A stretch of DNA of 64,000 nt from Scyliorhinus canicula (GCF_902713615.1 NC_052146.1:71009238-71073237); one strand, 5' to 3'; counted from the first letter of the stretch, positions 25,166-37,879 are shown. Made by a program: numbers and translations. Notes: generated by a model not told the origin, from the letters alone.

Positions 25166-25869
25166 TAGTCTTTTCGTCTCAACCAATCAGGTGTTTTGCG
25201 ATTCAAACATCATCTCAAATTCTCTTCGGCAATTAGAAAATACAAGGAAGGTCGGAGAAAGCAAAATACTACAGGTGTTGGAATTCTGGGGGAAATACAG
25301 AAAAGGCTAGAAATATTCAGCAGGTCAGACAGAATCTCTGGAGAGATAAAGAGAGTTAAAGATTCAGGTCTTGACTTTTCAATAGACGCTATTGGCACAA
25401 GCATTAGTACTCTAGCAGGACATATTCTACAAAGGTCAAGCGGTGATTTCCGGAAAAAATGGGATTTGATTCAGAGAAACATACAGAACATGACAAAACT
25501 GTCCAACTAGTCCTACACAGGCACTTCTCCTTGTACCGGCTAAGAAGGGCAAGGGCCCAGACTTGCCCAAACACGCCCCCGACCCGATCAATGGAACAAT
25601 TCGGAACTCACATGCGTGTTATTCTAAACTAGCATTACCTCCACAGGTCGGCCGTGACACCAAATTCGTTCCAGCGGACTGGGTGGTTTCTTCCACTCAG
25701 AATAATGGGACACTGCGACCCTGGAAAGGTGGAGGATGCAGCCATCTAATTGCGGAAACCAGCGACCAGGAGCCCTGGGAATGGTCGGCTTGTCGATGAA
25801 GGGTCAGCAGTGGAGAGCAGACTGAAGGGTTCGCCGAAAATTTGAGTGGTGCGGAGATGCCTCAGTATT

Positions 25870-25904
25870 CACCTGAGGAAGGAGCAGTGCTCCAAAAGCT
25901 CGTG
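25870..25904 (+). ncRNA. Degenerate minimal (Penelope-type) hammerhead ribozyme motif
   Basis: CAC-CTGAGGA-A-GGAG(cagtg)CTCC-AAAA-GCT-C-GTG. Stems I and II, the core and the palindromic AGCT stem III are present, but GAAA is mutated to AAAA. Confidence 0.6.
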
Positions 25905-26642
25905 TTTGAAACAAACCTGTTGGACTTTAACCTGGTGTTGTGAGACTTCTTACTGAAAATTTGACTCCAATGAAGTTTCCGTGAAGGAGCCGGGAATTAA
26001 ATTTAGGAACCGACCATCACCTCTCGCTTCCTTCTTAAAACTTGTCGCGATTGTTAGCTCCCGTTTTGGTTTAAATACATTAATGCTGCTTACTGAAGGC
26101 TTAGTGTGTCGGAGGGAAACGGCTTTTTAGTTTCAGTCTTTAAATTTGACTAAAATTGGGAATCATTTCCAAAGTTTCTAACGAATAGTCTTTGGCCTGA
26201 AACGTGAACTGTGTTTCTTCTCCACAGGTGCTGCCTGATGAGTTCCCAACAATTTGTGGTTTCGATTCTAAAGTTTAATTTAATTTAGCACGGTATTCCA
26301 AGATTTTGCAACGCTTATTTTTATTACTGTGATTCACCAATATGTTCATGTAAGTAGATGGTCAAATTTCTAAGGATACAATAAAAATAATATTGTTATT
26401 AGAATGTCTTAAATCAATTTTTTGCAAAACGTATGGACACATTTTGATTTTTTTCATCTGTGTTTATTTGTGAGTTTTCAATTAAAGTTCTAAAATACAT
26501 TTCTGATAAGCAGGGTGTGATTATTGTGGGATATTCATTGGGTTAAGTGCCGTGCCCCAGTCTGAGCTCTGATCGTCTTGCATTCTGCACTGTCGCTCCT
26601 TAATCCGCGCCAAAGGGCCCGCAACAGGAGGATTTTCTATCT

Positions 26643-26883
26643 TAGAATCCGTAGAATTCCTAAAGTGCATAAGGAGGCCATTTGGTCAGTCAACCCTGCG
26701 TCGACCCTCCAAAGAGCACTCAACCTAGGCCCACACCTCACCCTAGCCCCGTAACGCCGCACTTTGATCACGGCCAACCCACCTGAGCTCCAAATCTTTG
26801 GACAATGAGGGGCAATTTATCATGGCCAATCCACCTAGCCTGCACATATTTGCACAGCTAACCACTGTGCCACCGCGGCGCCC
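26643..26883 (-). mobile_element. V-SINE, internally deleted
   Basis: Head fused to the 3' part; V-domain missing. Confidence 0.75.
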
Positions 26884-27310
26884 CACTAATAGCTCCTTCT
26901 CTGCTTATCAAAATACAGACTTTCAACTATGACAGAGAATTGTAGGCTCACTCAACGATCTTCGCTACCAGCTTTAGGAATTATTGGTGCAGCACCCTCA
27001 AACCTGCCAAGCAGCAAAAGTGGCTTTTCAACACAGTACTGGCCCTCAACGCAATCTGTCAGCTACTTGCGCTCACTTGCTTTCACTGTGGGTTGTAAAA
27101 TAGCATCAGCGGAGAATAAACCTTGACATTAATTCCCCATTTTCCCACTAATCTTCAGCAGGCACATTATGCAGCTACTGGAATGTTGCAAAGTTCATTC
27201 TGGGGCCTCAGCGATTTACTTTCCATGTTAATGACATAACTAATAAACCGAGAGTAACCTAAGTTTGCTGATGATACAAAGATAGATGGGAATGTAAACT
27301 TTTTAGAGGA

Positions 27311-29014
27311 GGATGAAGGTGTTGTCACGACATAGGCACAGGTTAAGACGGTGAACGATGGCATGGCAGATGGGATATCATGTGGGTAAATGTGAGGGTA
27401 TTCACTCCACTAGTAAGTATATGATAGCAGAATATTTGTAAACGCACAGATCTTCCAAACATTGATGCTCAGAGATACGTGAGTATCCGATACAAGGAAC
27501 ACAATGTGAGCATGCAGGTACTGCAAGCGATTAGGAAGGCAAATGTTATGTTGACTTTTCTTGCAAGGGGATTGGCGTACAAGGATACGAAATTGTTGCT
27601 ACAATATATAAGACTTAGGATGGGGCGGTTTGTGTGTGTCGGAAGGGGGTGGTTTGTGTGTGTGGGGATGGGGTGGTTTGTGTGTGGGGACGGGGTGGCT
27701 TGTGTGTGTGAGTATGGGGTGGTTTGTGTGTGGTGATGGGGCGGTTTGTGTGTGGGGATGGGTGCTTTGTGTGTGTGGGGATGGGGTGGTTTGTGTGTGT
27801 GGGGATGGGGTGGTTTGTGTGTGGGGATGGGGTGGTTTGTGTGTGTGGTGATGGGGTAGTTTGTGTGTGTGGGGATGGGTGGTTTGTGGGTATGGGGTTG
27901 TTTGTGTGTGGGGATGGGGTGGTTTGTGTGTGGGGGTGGGGTGATTTGTGTGTGGGGTGGTTTGTGTGTGGGAATGGGGAGGATTGTGTCTGGGGGTATG
28001 GCGTGGTTTCAGTGTGTGTGGGGAGGGGTGTGGTTTATGTGTATGTGGGCTGATTATTGGTTCGGGTGTATTGTGAACGGCTGGTGTGCAGCGAGTGGGG
28101 TTGTTTATGTGTGCATGAATGGGGGTTGTGTGTGTGAATGGGGGTGGTTTGTTTTCGAAATTGGGATGAAGGTGTTGTCACGACATAGGCACAGGTTAAG
28201 ACGGTGAACGATGGCATGGCAGATGGGATATCATGTGGGTAAATGTGAGGGTATTCACTCCACTAGTAAGTATATGATAGCAGAATATTTGTAAACGCAC
28301 AGATCTTCCAAACATTGATGCTCAGAGATACGTGAGTATCCGATACAAGGAACACAATGTGAGCATGCAGGTACTGCAAGCGATTAGGAAGGCAAATGTA
28401 ATGTTGACTTTTCTTGCAAGGGGATTGGCGTACAAGGATACGAAATTGTTGCTACAATATATAAGACTTAGGATGGGGCGGTTTGTGTGTGTCGGAAGGG
28501 GGTGGTTTGTGTGTGTGGGGATGGGGTGGTTTGTGTGTGGGGACGGGGTGGCTTGTGTGTGTGAGTATGGGGTGGTTTGTGTGTGGTGATGGGGCGGTTT
28601 GTGTGTGGGGATGGGTGGTTTGTGTGTGGGGATGGGGTGGTTTGTGTGTGTGGGGATGGGGTGGTTTGTGTGTGTGGGGATGGGGTGGTTGTGTGTGGGG
28701 ATGGGGTGGTTTGTGTGTGTGGTGATGGGGTAGTTTGTGTGTGTGGGGATGGGTGGTTTGTGGGTATGGGGTTGTTTGTGTGTGGGGATGGGGTGGTTTG
28801 TGTGTGGGGTGGTTTGTGTGTGGGAATGGGAGGATTGTGTCTGGGGGTATGGCGTGGTTTCAGTGTGTGTGGGGAGGGGTGTGGTTTATGTGTATGTGGG
28901 CTGATTATTGGTTCGGGTGTATTGTGAACGGCTGGTGTGCAGCGAGTGGGGTTGTTTATGTGTGCATGAATGGGGGTTGTGTGTGTGAATGGGGGTGGTT
29001 TGTTTTCGAAATTG
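27311..29014 (+). repeat. Tandem duplication of about 853 bp (27311-28163 and 28164-29014)
   Basis: CR1 fragment plus satellite repeated head to tail, with an identical 85-aa ORF at 27479 and 28332. Confidence 0.93.
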
Positions 29015-29925
29015 GGGGTGGTTTGTGTATGTGGGGGTGTGTGATTTAGATGCGTGGCGGTATGTGTGTTGGTTAGTGTGTATGGGGATGGGGTGTTTTT
29101 GTTTTCAGGAGGGCTGCTTTGTGTGTGGGGGGGGATGGGGTGGTGTACGTGTGTGTGGGAATGGGGGTGTATTTACAGAATTTACAGTGCGGAAGGAGGC
29201 TATTTGGCCCATTGGGTCTGCACCAGTCCTCGGAAAGAGCATCCTACTTAAGCCCACCCCATCTAACCTTTTTGGACACTAAGGGCAATTTTACATGGTC
29301 AATCCACCTAACCTGCACATCGTTGGACTGTGGGAGGAAACTGGAGCACCTGGAGTAAACCCACGCACACACGGGGAAAACTCCGCACACACAGTGACCC
29401 AACCCAATGACCCACATCTGGGACCCTTGAGCTGTGAAGCAATTGTGCTCGCCACTGTGCTACCGTGCTGTCCACAGTGTGGGGGTGTGGGGTGGTGGTG
29501 GTTTGTGTGGGGGGAGATGTGGTGGTTTGTGTATGTTTGGGGATGGAGTTGGTTTGTGTGTGGGCTGATGGGGTGGTTTGTGTGTACAGGGAGGGAGTCG
29601 TTTGCATCTGTGGGGACAATAATGGTTTGTGTGTGCGCGGATGGGTGTGGTTTATGTGTATATGGGGTGGGGTGGTTCGTATGTGGGGCATAGAGATGGT
29701 TTGGGGATGTGCGCATGGGCTGGTTTCTGTGATGGGGGGATAGCGATGGGTTGGGTGTGTAGGAATGGGATGGTTTCTGTGTAGGGGGAAAGGGATGGCT
29801 TGGGTGTGTAGTTGTGCAGGGATGGGGTGGTTCCTGTGTGTGGGGCTGTGGGCTGGGGAGGTTCATGTGGTGTGGGGATGGAGGTAGTTTGTGTTTGTTG
29901 CGATAGGGTGTGTTTTTGGGAAAGA
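27610..29925 (+). repeat. G-rich minisatellite, unit approximately GTGTGTGGGGATGGGGTGGTTT
   Basis: Arrays at about 27610-28160, 28460-29165 and 29475-29925. They generate the spurious C/G/V/W-rich ORFs in the track. Confidence 0.92.
29171..29473 (-). mobile_element. HE1-type V-SINE within the G-rich satellite
   Basis: Full head, V-domain and tail. Confidence 0.88.
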
Positions 29926-31173
29926 ACAGAGCTGAAGAACAGTTCACATTTTGGTCCTCATATTTTAGCAAGGACATACATGCATTGAAATCTTGGATCA
30001 CCGCGTTGCCCTATGATGAGACGCTCGTGTGAGTTTTCAACAATAAAAACTGATGAAAGACAGAAGATTCCGAAGGAGCTTCACATGGAAGCGTTTGACG
30101 GGTGATGTCGCTCTTCTTTCCAAAACAAAACTGGCGAGAAAATATTTTATAGACAGATATTTTTACCATCTAAATCTCATTGAATGCCACGCGTGGCAGG
30201 GTGGCACAGTAGTTAGCACTGCAGCCTCACAGCGCAGGGACCCAGGCTCAATTTCGGACTCGGGTGACTGTGTGGAGTTTGCCGCCTGTGATTGCCAAAC
30301 AACGGGCAGGGAGATGGTGGGGTATGTGTAAGCGAGGGAGCTGGGGACGCAAATTCATTCTGCATCTTACCTGTGTCAATAGCCTCGTCCTTCCTTGCCA
30401 GAGGGATGTCCTCCAGCAGATAAATCAGCTCTGGGCTGTGGCTGGATTGACGCTGCAGCCTCAGATATTGGTTCATGTACCTGCATCGTTTGTTCTCTCG
30501 TATCCAATGCTGCCACATCAGATACAGGCACTGCTGTCTGTCCAGAGTGAACGCAGCATTCCGTTTCTATAGGGTCTGCATCGTGTCAGTGAAATCCCCA
30601 TGAATGATTTCAGTAGATAACTGCTGGTAAAGGCCCAAGGTTAGATTCCTAACGTTCTGCCTCACAATTGTCACCCATTGTTTGATCAAATTACAAATGC
30701 TGAAATGTGTGTCATTTTGTGCATATATGGTGGCAGTGTTCAATCATTCATGAGGTCTGGGATGAGGAAATATTTATTCACTTCACGGGTAGTGAACCTG
30801 TGGAATTCTTTAGCACAGAAGGCTGTAGAGGTCTATTCACTGAAGAAATTTTAAAATAGTCAGTTTTTTTTAGATATTCATGCCATCAAGGAGCATGGGG
30901 AAGAAAGGGGAATATGGCATTGAGATAGTGGGTCAGTGATGATCAGATTGACTGGCAGAGCAGGTTCAAGGAGCCGGATTGCCTATTCCTGCTCCTAGTT
31001 TCTGTGTTTCGATAGTTCTATAACGGTTGATGACAAGTGCAGGGAAGATTAAGCTTGATAATTAGTTTGTAGTATAGTTATGGCATTAGTCGAATAATCA
31101 ATGTGTGTCAACCCAATATAGATTCCTGCTCAAATCTGGAACATTATCTCATCACACTCAAACTTGACAAGGG

Positions 31174-31388
31174 CAGGGGCAGCACTGTGGTGCAGTGGGT
31201 TAGACCTGCTGCGTCACAGCACTGGGGTCCCAGGTTAGATCCTGGCTCTGGTTTTGGTCCGTGTGGAGATTGCACATTCTCCCTGTGTTTGCGTGAGTTT
31301 CACCCCCACAGCCCAAAAATGTGCAGGCTAGGTGGATTGGACATGCTAAATTGCACCTTAATTGGGTATTCTAATTTTTTTTTTAAAA
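31174..31388 (+). mobile_element. Short V-SINE with a T/A tail
   Basis: TSD TGACAAGGG on both sides. Confidence 0.85.
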
Positions 31389-31649
31389 CGTGACAAGGGA
31401 GAGAGAAATTATGGCCTGAAGTCAATGACAACTACAACATAAACATACTACAGCAAAGCAGCTCCCTCTGCAAAAGCACATTGTTAAGCGCCTGTTTCAA
31501 TCAAATTCTAAAGGACATGCGGTATCTATTGATAGCTTTGATTGTCATGTTCTGCAGACTGGCCAAAGTGAACATGTAATTTAAAATAAGTTCTTATAGA
31601 ACAAACTATGTGGCAAGATAACAAGGGTAAATTAACGAACAAACATCTA

Positions 31650-34165
31650 AACTTCCGGTGACAGCGGGCGGGAGGCAGCTGCACATTGGAGGGCTCCCAT
31701 TCTGGAACGGCATTTTTGGGGTTCAACACCTGGTCTCAGGGGCAACGGAGGCGGCAAAAGCAGGGAGAAGGCACAGTGAAGGGAAATGTCGAAAATAAGT
31801 AAAAGAACAGCCGTGAAAAAAGCAGCTGAACGTCCGTCGGGGAGTGGAAAGGTCACCGCGGGGAGGGCAAGAAAAGCGGAGGCTGGGGCACCAGGGGAGG
31901 GCGCATTGCCCACGGCTGAAGAAATGACTAGGGTGATGGCTGTGGAACTTGAAAGGCACTTCACAAAACACATGGAGGGGATGAGGAAGGAGATGGGGGC
32001 GGTATTGAAAGTGCTGGTGGAGGAGGCAATTGCCCCGGTGAGGGCGGCGGTATTGAGCGCAGTGGCAGAGGTGCGGGAGCAAGGTGAGGTGCTGAAGGAA
32101 GTGGAGGAGACATTATTGCAGCACAGTGATCAACTTACCTCGATGTGGAAGGAGATGCGGAAGGTGATAGAGATCAACAAGGGTCTGCGAGCCAAAATGG
32201 ACGACTTGGAAAACAGATCCAGGTGACAGAATCTGAGGATTGTGGGTCTGCCCAAAGGAATAGAAGGCCCGAGGCTGACTGAGTATTTTGCCGCGATGTT
32301 GGCGAAGCTATTGGGGGCGGGTGATGATCCCTCCCGATATGAACTGGAACGGGCTCATTGGTCGTGGATCCCTGTACCAAAGGAGAGTGAGCCACCAAGA
32401 GTAGTGACTCTGTGTTTTCATATGTACAGTGTGAAGGAGAAGGTCCTGTGCTTGGCAAAGCAGAAGCGGGTGGTGCAGTGGGCTGGAGCTGGTATATGCA
32501 TATATCAGAGCTTTGCAGTGGAGCTGGCGAGGAGGCGGGCTGCCTTCAGGCGGGAGAAGAAGGCACTGTACATCGGTAAGTTGCAGTGTGGCATAGTATA
32601 CCCAGCTAAGTTGTGGGTGACCTACAAATCCAAGGACTTTTATTTTGGCATGGTGGAAGCAGCGAAGGAGTTTGCGAAGGCAGAAGGACTGTTGCTGAAT
32701 TGAGAAATGGTCATGCACCGAAGTAGCCTCATTTAGCTGTATTTTTTCACTGCGTGCTGGTGTATGTGCTAAATGAACCAACATTGTATGTATTTGGACA
32801 AGGGACGAGATGGGACTTTCACTTGCAATGATGGATCTTTTGGGCTTGGGTGTGTATGCGGAGTTGGTGTACTAAAGGTGACTTCTTGGATGTCCTGGGA
32901 CTGGGCAAGGGGGAAAGTAACCCACGTGGAGGCCTCCATGCTGGTCGGTTTAAGCTGGCCAGTGAATGGGAGTGAGGTGGGGGGAGGGGCTGCGGCCATC
33001 GGAGCCTGGCAGAACAGGTTCCGATTGTTGCACGTTTTACTGTGGTTGTAAAACGCGTTTATTGGAGTGTATTAACACGCCTCCGTATTCGACGTGTGCT
33101 TAACACTACTAGGCTCTGTTCTATGTATTTATTCAGCTCTGGAGTCGCCAGTTGCCGTATAGACAACGTCACAAGTATTCCAAGGTCAAGTTCAAAGTAA
33201 TAAAGACGATACACCGATTAGTAAGGTTCAAACGATCAATATTTATTATACAGTTATAATAAATATTCATACACACACTAAGAGACTAAGCTATAACTAA
33301 ACTTAAGTGAACAGAATACTTATCTAACAGGAACAGGCAAGGTCAGAGAACGAGGCCTTCGTCCTGGTCTTGTACTGCAGCCTTCAGCAAGCGTTCTGGT
33401 ACTGGGGGTCTAGTGGGCTTGGATCGCGTAGCGAGCGTTGAACTTACGGTTTCGGCGGCTGGTGCTCAACGGCTGGAGTCAGGATGCAAGATGTCTATCA
33501 GGGCCGGAGCACGGGTTTAACAGACCGGGCTATGTGGGGAATTTGCCTTTATACCCCTCTCTAATGTCCTTGCCCCCTTCTAGGCGGGCTCTACCTTTCG
33601 GTACCGATTGGAGCGTTTCCAAACGGTTACCTTCGAAATCCTCCAATGCGAGGGCCTTCCTCGATGTTGGGGGGTGGTTTCGATATTCGTTACTCTGGTG
33701 CCATCCTGTCTGCACAACCAATTAAGTGTTACATTGAGATGGAAATGTTGCCATTGTTCGTGCCTGGATCTGGGCTGCCTCATCAGAATGCTAAGCGCTT
33801 TGCCATTAACACCTTTGGCTTGGAGATCTTGCACCTGGCCAGAAACTGGTTTGCTGCTTGCAAAATGCTAATTAGTTGAGAGCAGACTGTCTGCTCACAC
33901 TAATCAGGCTTTTCCTTCTGTCTTCCATTTTACTTTGGCTCAGTGTCCATTTTGCGTGGCCAGCATGGCTACACGATGAGTCTAGGCAGGGTGGAAAGTT
34001 GGGGGGGGAAGGAATAGAGTTTTGGGGGAGGAGTTTTAGAAGAGGAAGTGGAGGGGAGGAGTCGGGGAGGGGAGGGGTTTCAAGTCATGGGTATCATTTA
34101 CGGTACTCTTTCGGGGATTGTATGGCATTGAATGTTAGGAGGAGGAGGGGTGGACTCTATAGGTC
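31650..34165 (+). mobile_element. L1/Tx1-like LINE (D): 5' end and near-intact ORF1, interrupted by a solo LTR, 3' part lost
   Basis: Starts AACTTCCGG. ORF1 31786-32703 is broken only by TGA at 32224-32226 (probable CGA>TGA in SRRQNLRIVGLP). Confidence 0.88.
33026..33973 (-). mobile_element. Solo LTR (948 bp), same family as 55797-56743
   Basis: Reverse-complement match end to end, with an exact 4-bp TSD CGAT (33022-33025 and 33974-33977). Interrupts an L1. Confidence 0.94.
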
Positions 34166-34267
34166 AATGGTGACAACGAACACTAAACTGTCCTGGGTCG
34201 ACTGCAAATATGTCTATCTCCCGGCACCACCAACTCCCAGTTCACATGGTGACGTGATGGGTGCACA

Positions 34268-34283
34268 GTGCCACCTAGTGGTA
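34268..34283 (-). promoter_or_regulatory. CTCF consensus motif
   Basis: Minus strand TACCACTAGGTGGCAC fits CCASYAGRKGGCRS at every position. Confidence 0.6.
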
Positions 34284-34631
34284 GGAGGTCCTGCATAACA
34301 TTATGTGCAAACTTATATTATGTATATCACGACATAGATCAATTAGACATCCAATTAATCCATATTCCCAGACATAACAGTCTCTCTTAGCTCACAAATA
34401 TCAGACATCAGAACTACTCTATATATTTTTATATCAGTACTTTGTCATCTCTTTTATTCGGTCAAAGGATATGCCACTTTATCCTTTGTTTAAAAAGTAA
34501 AGTAACTCATTCCAAGTAACCACAGAAGGAAGTAACGGCAACCTTCAAATGACCTATAGAAAACATTGAGTCCCTGATAGGCGAGCTGATTTAATACCAA
34601 ATAAATGAAGGTTGATAGGATGAGTATCCAT

Positions 34632-34860
34632 ATCTTTTATTTATATACATTTAGAGTACCCAATTCCTTTTTTCCAATTAAGGGGCAATTTAGCACGGCC
34701 AATCTACCTACCCTGCAAATATTTGGGTTGTAGATGTGAAACCCACGCAGACACGGAGAATGTGCAATCTCTACACGGACAGTGACCCAGGGCTGCGATC
34801 GAACCTGGGACCTCGGCGCCATGAGGCAGCAGTGCTAACAACTGCGACACTGTGCTGCCC
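34632..34860 (-). mobile_element. Short V-SINE with an A-tail
   Basis: TSD TGAGTATCCA (34621 and 34861). Confidence 0.88.
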
Positions 34861-35635
34861 TGAGTATCCAATGTCAATCATGAGGACATGATCGCATATT
34901 TCATCCATCCTGAATAAATGAAAAAGGAAGGTAAAATTAAACATTATTTCATCTTAGCAATCAGTAACTTAAAATTTATTGTGAGGGATGGTCCCATATG
35001 TTACTGATACGTCAGTGAGGGGACGTTGGGAAATGACATCAATAGATGACCATCACCCTCGAGAAGCCAATTAGAAACTGATCATCACCAAACACATTGA
35101 TCATGCATGCCTTAAACTAATTAAAAATTACCTTCGCTTCATTTAGGCCAATTAGAATGCAATGAATCATTGATCATGCTGTGGGAATACGGTTTGAAAT
35201 GCGTTCAAAAGCAGAAGCTTTCACTGCATAGGCTTTGCAGCAAGTGCTGCTGTCCATAGGGAAGCAGAGTAAGGACAAAAAAAACAGAGAACAAACGCCC
35301 AATCAGCTGGGTAGCTTTTCGTCAATCCTGTTAATCTGCTTCAGCATTGTTGGAGCTGCACTCATCGAGAAAAATGTAAAGTATTCCATCACGCTCCTGA
35401 CTTCTGCTTTGTAAGCGGTGGATTGGCTTTGGATAGGCAGGAGGTGAATTACTCTCCGTAGGATGCGCGACCTCTGACCTGCTCCTGTATTTACATTGAT
35501 GATTCAGTTCAGTTTCTGATTAATGGTAACCCGCAAATTGTTGATATTGGTGGATGCAGAAAAATGGCAATGCCATTGAATGATAAGTGGTGATGATTCA
35601 TTTCTGTCTTGTTCGAGGTGCTCATTGCAGAAGAT

Positions 35636-37165
35636 CCCTACACCCACTCTACCAACCAGTACATATATGACTGGGACACATACACACCCGTGACCAACTC
35701 TTCAAAGTGAAGACTAAGCAGACTCCATCGCTTATGGAACCCCTCGATCGCCCCCTCAAGGAAAAAGTAACCCTAACAGGACCCGCATCTGCTGGTCTGA
35801 CAGGTTCGGCACCCCAAATACGACCCCAAAGGGACTGGACTCCAAGTGCAACATCGCCGCAATGGTGCTGATCAACGAACCCGCATTCACCGTCCAATAA
35901 TACTATAATAAATTCGGGAGGCCCATGTTGCTAAGTGTGCTTTACACTTAATTTGCTCTGTTTAATCACCTTGCTCTAGAGTCGCCAGGCATCTTTATGA
36001 TACCACCACGAGGTTCAAGTTCAAGTGCTGATCAATAACTCAATACACCAGTTAGTAAGGTTCAAATCAAAACACATTTATTATATACACAGTCAATTGC
36101 TACTCATGCATAAAATACTACTCACTAGACTATCTCTAACACTAAAAGACCAATACTTAGCTTTGGAAACTGGCACACCAGGTCAGGGGAACAACTGGCC
36201 TATCATTCGATTCTGAGTCTGCAGGCTTCAAGCTTGTATGGACTGGTAGCTAGGAGCACCTATCTCGTAGCATGCGTTGACTGGACACCTACTTGGTTGG
36301 TGCAGCTGCTAGGCAGGTCACGGTCAAGGGTTGTTTCGAGCTGCAGAGAGACCCTGCCAAGAAGCTGTTAGGCTTGCCTCTCCTCGCTGAGAGCCAAGCG
36401 TCAAGAAGAACGTATTGAACTTGGGGACTCTATTTTATAGTCCCCAGAGGCTTTGTGCCCTTTTGGGCGCACCCCGTACCTGGTTCCAATTGATTGGCCC
36501 ATGTTCCAATCAATTGATTTGATTTCCCCAATACGGGAGCTGTTCCCTGATCGCTGGGCGGTTCCTATATGTCCGTTGGCCTTCCTTTGTCTTGGCTCCC
36601 GCTCGTGCCGAGGAGTTTGGCTTGGCCTCAATTACCTTAAATGTTTCCAATTGTTCCCGGGGATCGCTCATCAATATGTAGATGGTTGTTAGTTCAGTTC
36701 TGTCTGGGTTTCTGCAAGTTGTAATACATAGGAAGCTTTGCATCTGCTTGCTTCCCTGTGCCTGTCCATTTCTCCCTGCATTCTTAGCGGTCCTCCATTT
36801 TAAAGTCGGGAAGTGGCCAACCCAGGTGGCTAGATGATATTTCTGAAAGGACATTAATTTGTGGGTACAGAGAAGAAGTCTAGTTTCCCAGAGTACCTGC
36901 CCGGGGCCATCGGCAGCATTGTCGTTTCTAGCGCCCTCAATGCCAACACCTACACAGATCCTCCTAAACCACCAGGACTGCGCCCTTCCAACCCAACCCC
37001 TCATCTTTTCCGCATTCACCGTCCAATAATAATATAATAAATTCGGGAGGCCCAACCCCCCTGCCTCCCACTCTCTGCAGCACCACCTTTCTGACGCAGT
37101 TACTTCCCCCAAAATAAATGAAGTGTCCACTTCCTTAAAGAATGCCTCCATTCTTAGCGGCTGCT
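35636..37165 (-). mobile_element. Rearranged L1 ORF2 fragments flanking a solo LTR
   Basis: Minus strand GGLGLPNLLYYYW motif at about 37010-37070 and C-terminal ORF2 remnants at 35640-35880. Confidence 0.75.
35926..36834 (-). mobile_element. Solo LTR (909 bp), related subfamily
   Basis: Termini T(C)TAGCCAC...GCAACA on the minus strand. Shares U5 motifs with the other LTRs (aataaa...ttgaac.ttactaa..ggtgtat; ctggcgactc.agagc). TATA at about 36434. No TSD. Confidence 0.85.
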
Positions 37166-37879
37166 TTAACATAGTGGGCTAAACAGCTGGCTTGTAATGC
37201 AGGACAAGTGTCCAAAAAGGTTAGGTGGGGTTACTGGGTTACGGGGATAGGATGGAGGGGTGGGCTTAGGTAGGGTGCTCTGTCCAATGGCTGGTGCATA
37301 TAAGGGAAATTACGTATTTATGCGTGCGATACAGTGTAAGAGAACCAGTCTTGCAACAGTCATAGTATGTTCTTTACATTTTTGATAATAAAGACGTGAT
37401 TTGATTTAAAGATAAAATTGAGTCTGTCAATGGAACGGTGTCATTGATTCCTAGCATCAAGTCATATAAAAATGTTTATATTGAATAAAAAATGTTCTCA
37501 AAAGACAATTGATATGTACCCTGCTAATATCCCAGGATGATGCCAGTCTTGAGGACATGATGTGACATGTGCAAGAGCAGTATTAATCTTTATCATCGGC
37601 AATTCAAACACACGTTGAACGTTTGAAATGGAATTTTGAATTGTTTAAAAGTGACTATTTTTTTCAGAGCGGTTTTCATAAGAGTTCGGGAAAAAACGAT
37701 TTATTTTTAACCAAGAGAATTATTCCCAAACAGTAATTCCATCGGGGTTCGTGCGCATGCGCCGAGGTGTTTTCAAATCGCCTTCACACAAGCGCATCCA
37801 TGGAATCCCCAATTAGCCAATCGGCGCATATTGCCCGAATGGCCAAACGCGAAAGGCGAACTAACCAAAGCAGCTGTCT

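Noticed and set aside
25196-25510. 104-aa plus-strand ORF just upstream of the promoter
   Set aside because: It overlaps a decayed Penelope-type repeat on the opposite strand and has no protein features.
27479-29743. Many Cys/Gly/Val/Trp-rich ORFs resembling keratin-associated or metallothionein proteins
   Set aside because: They are translations of the G-rich minisatellite in all frames.
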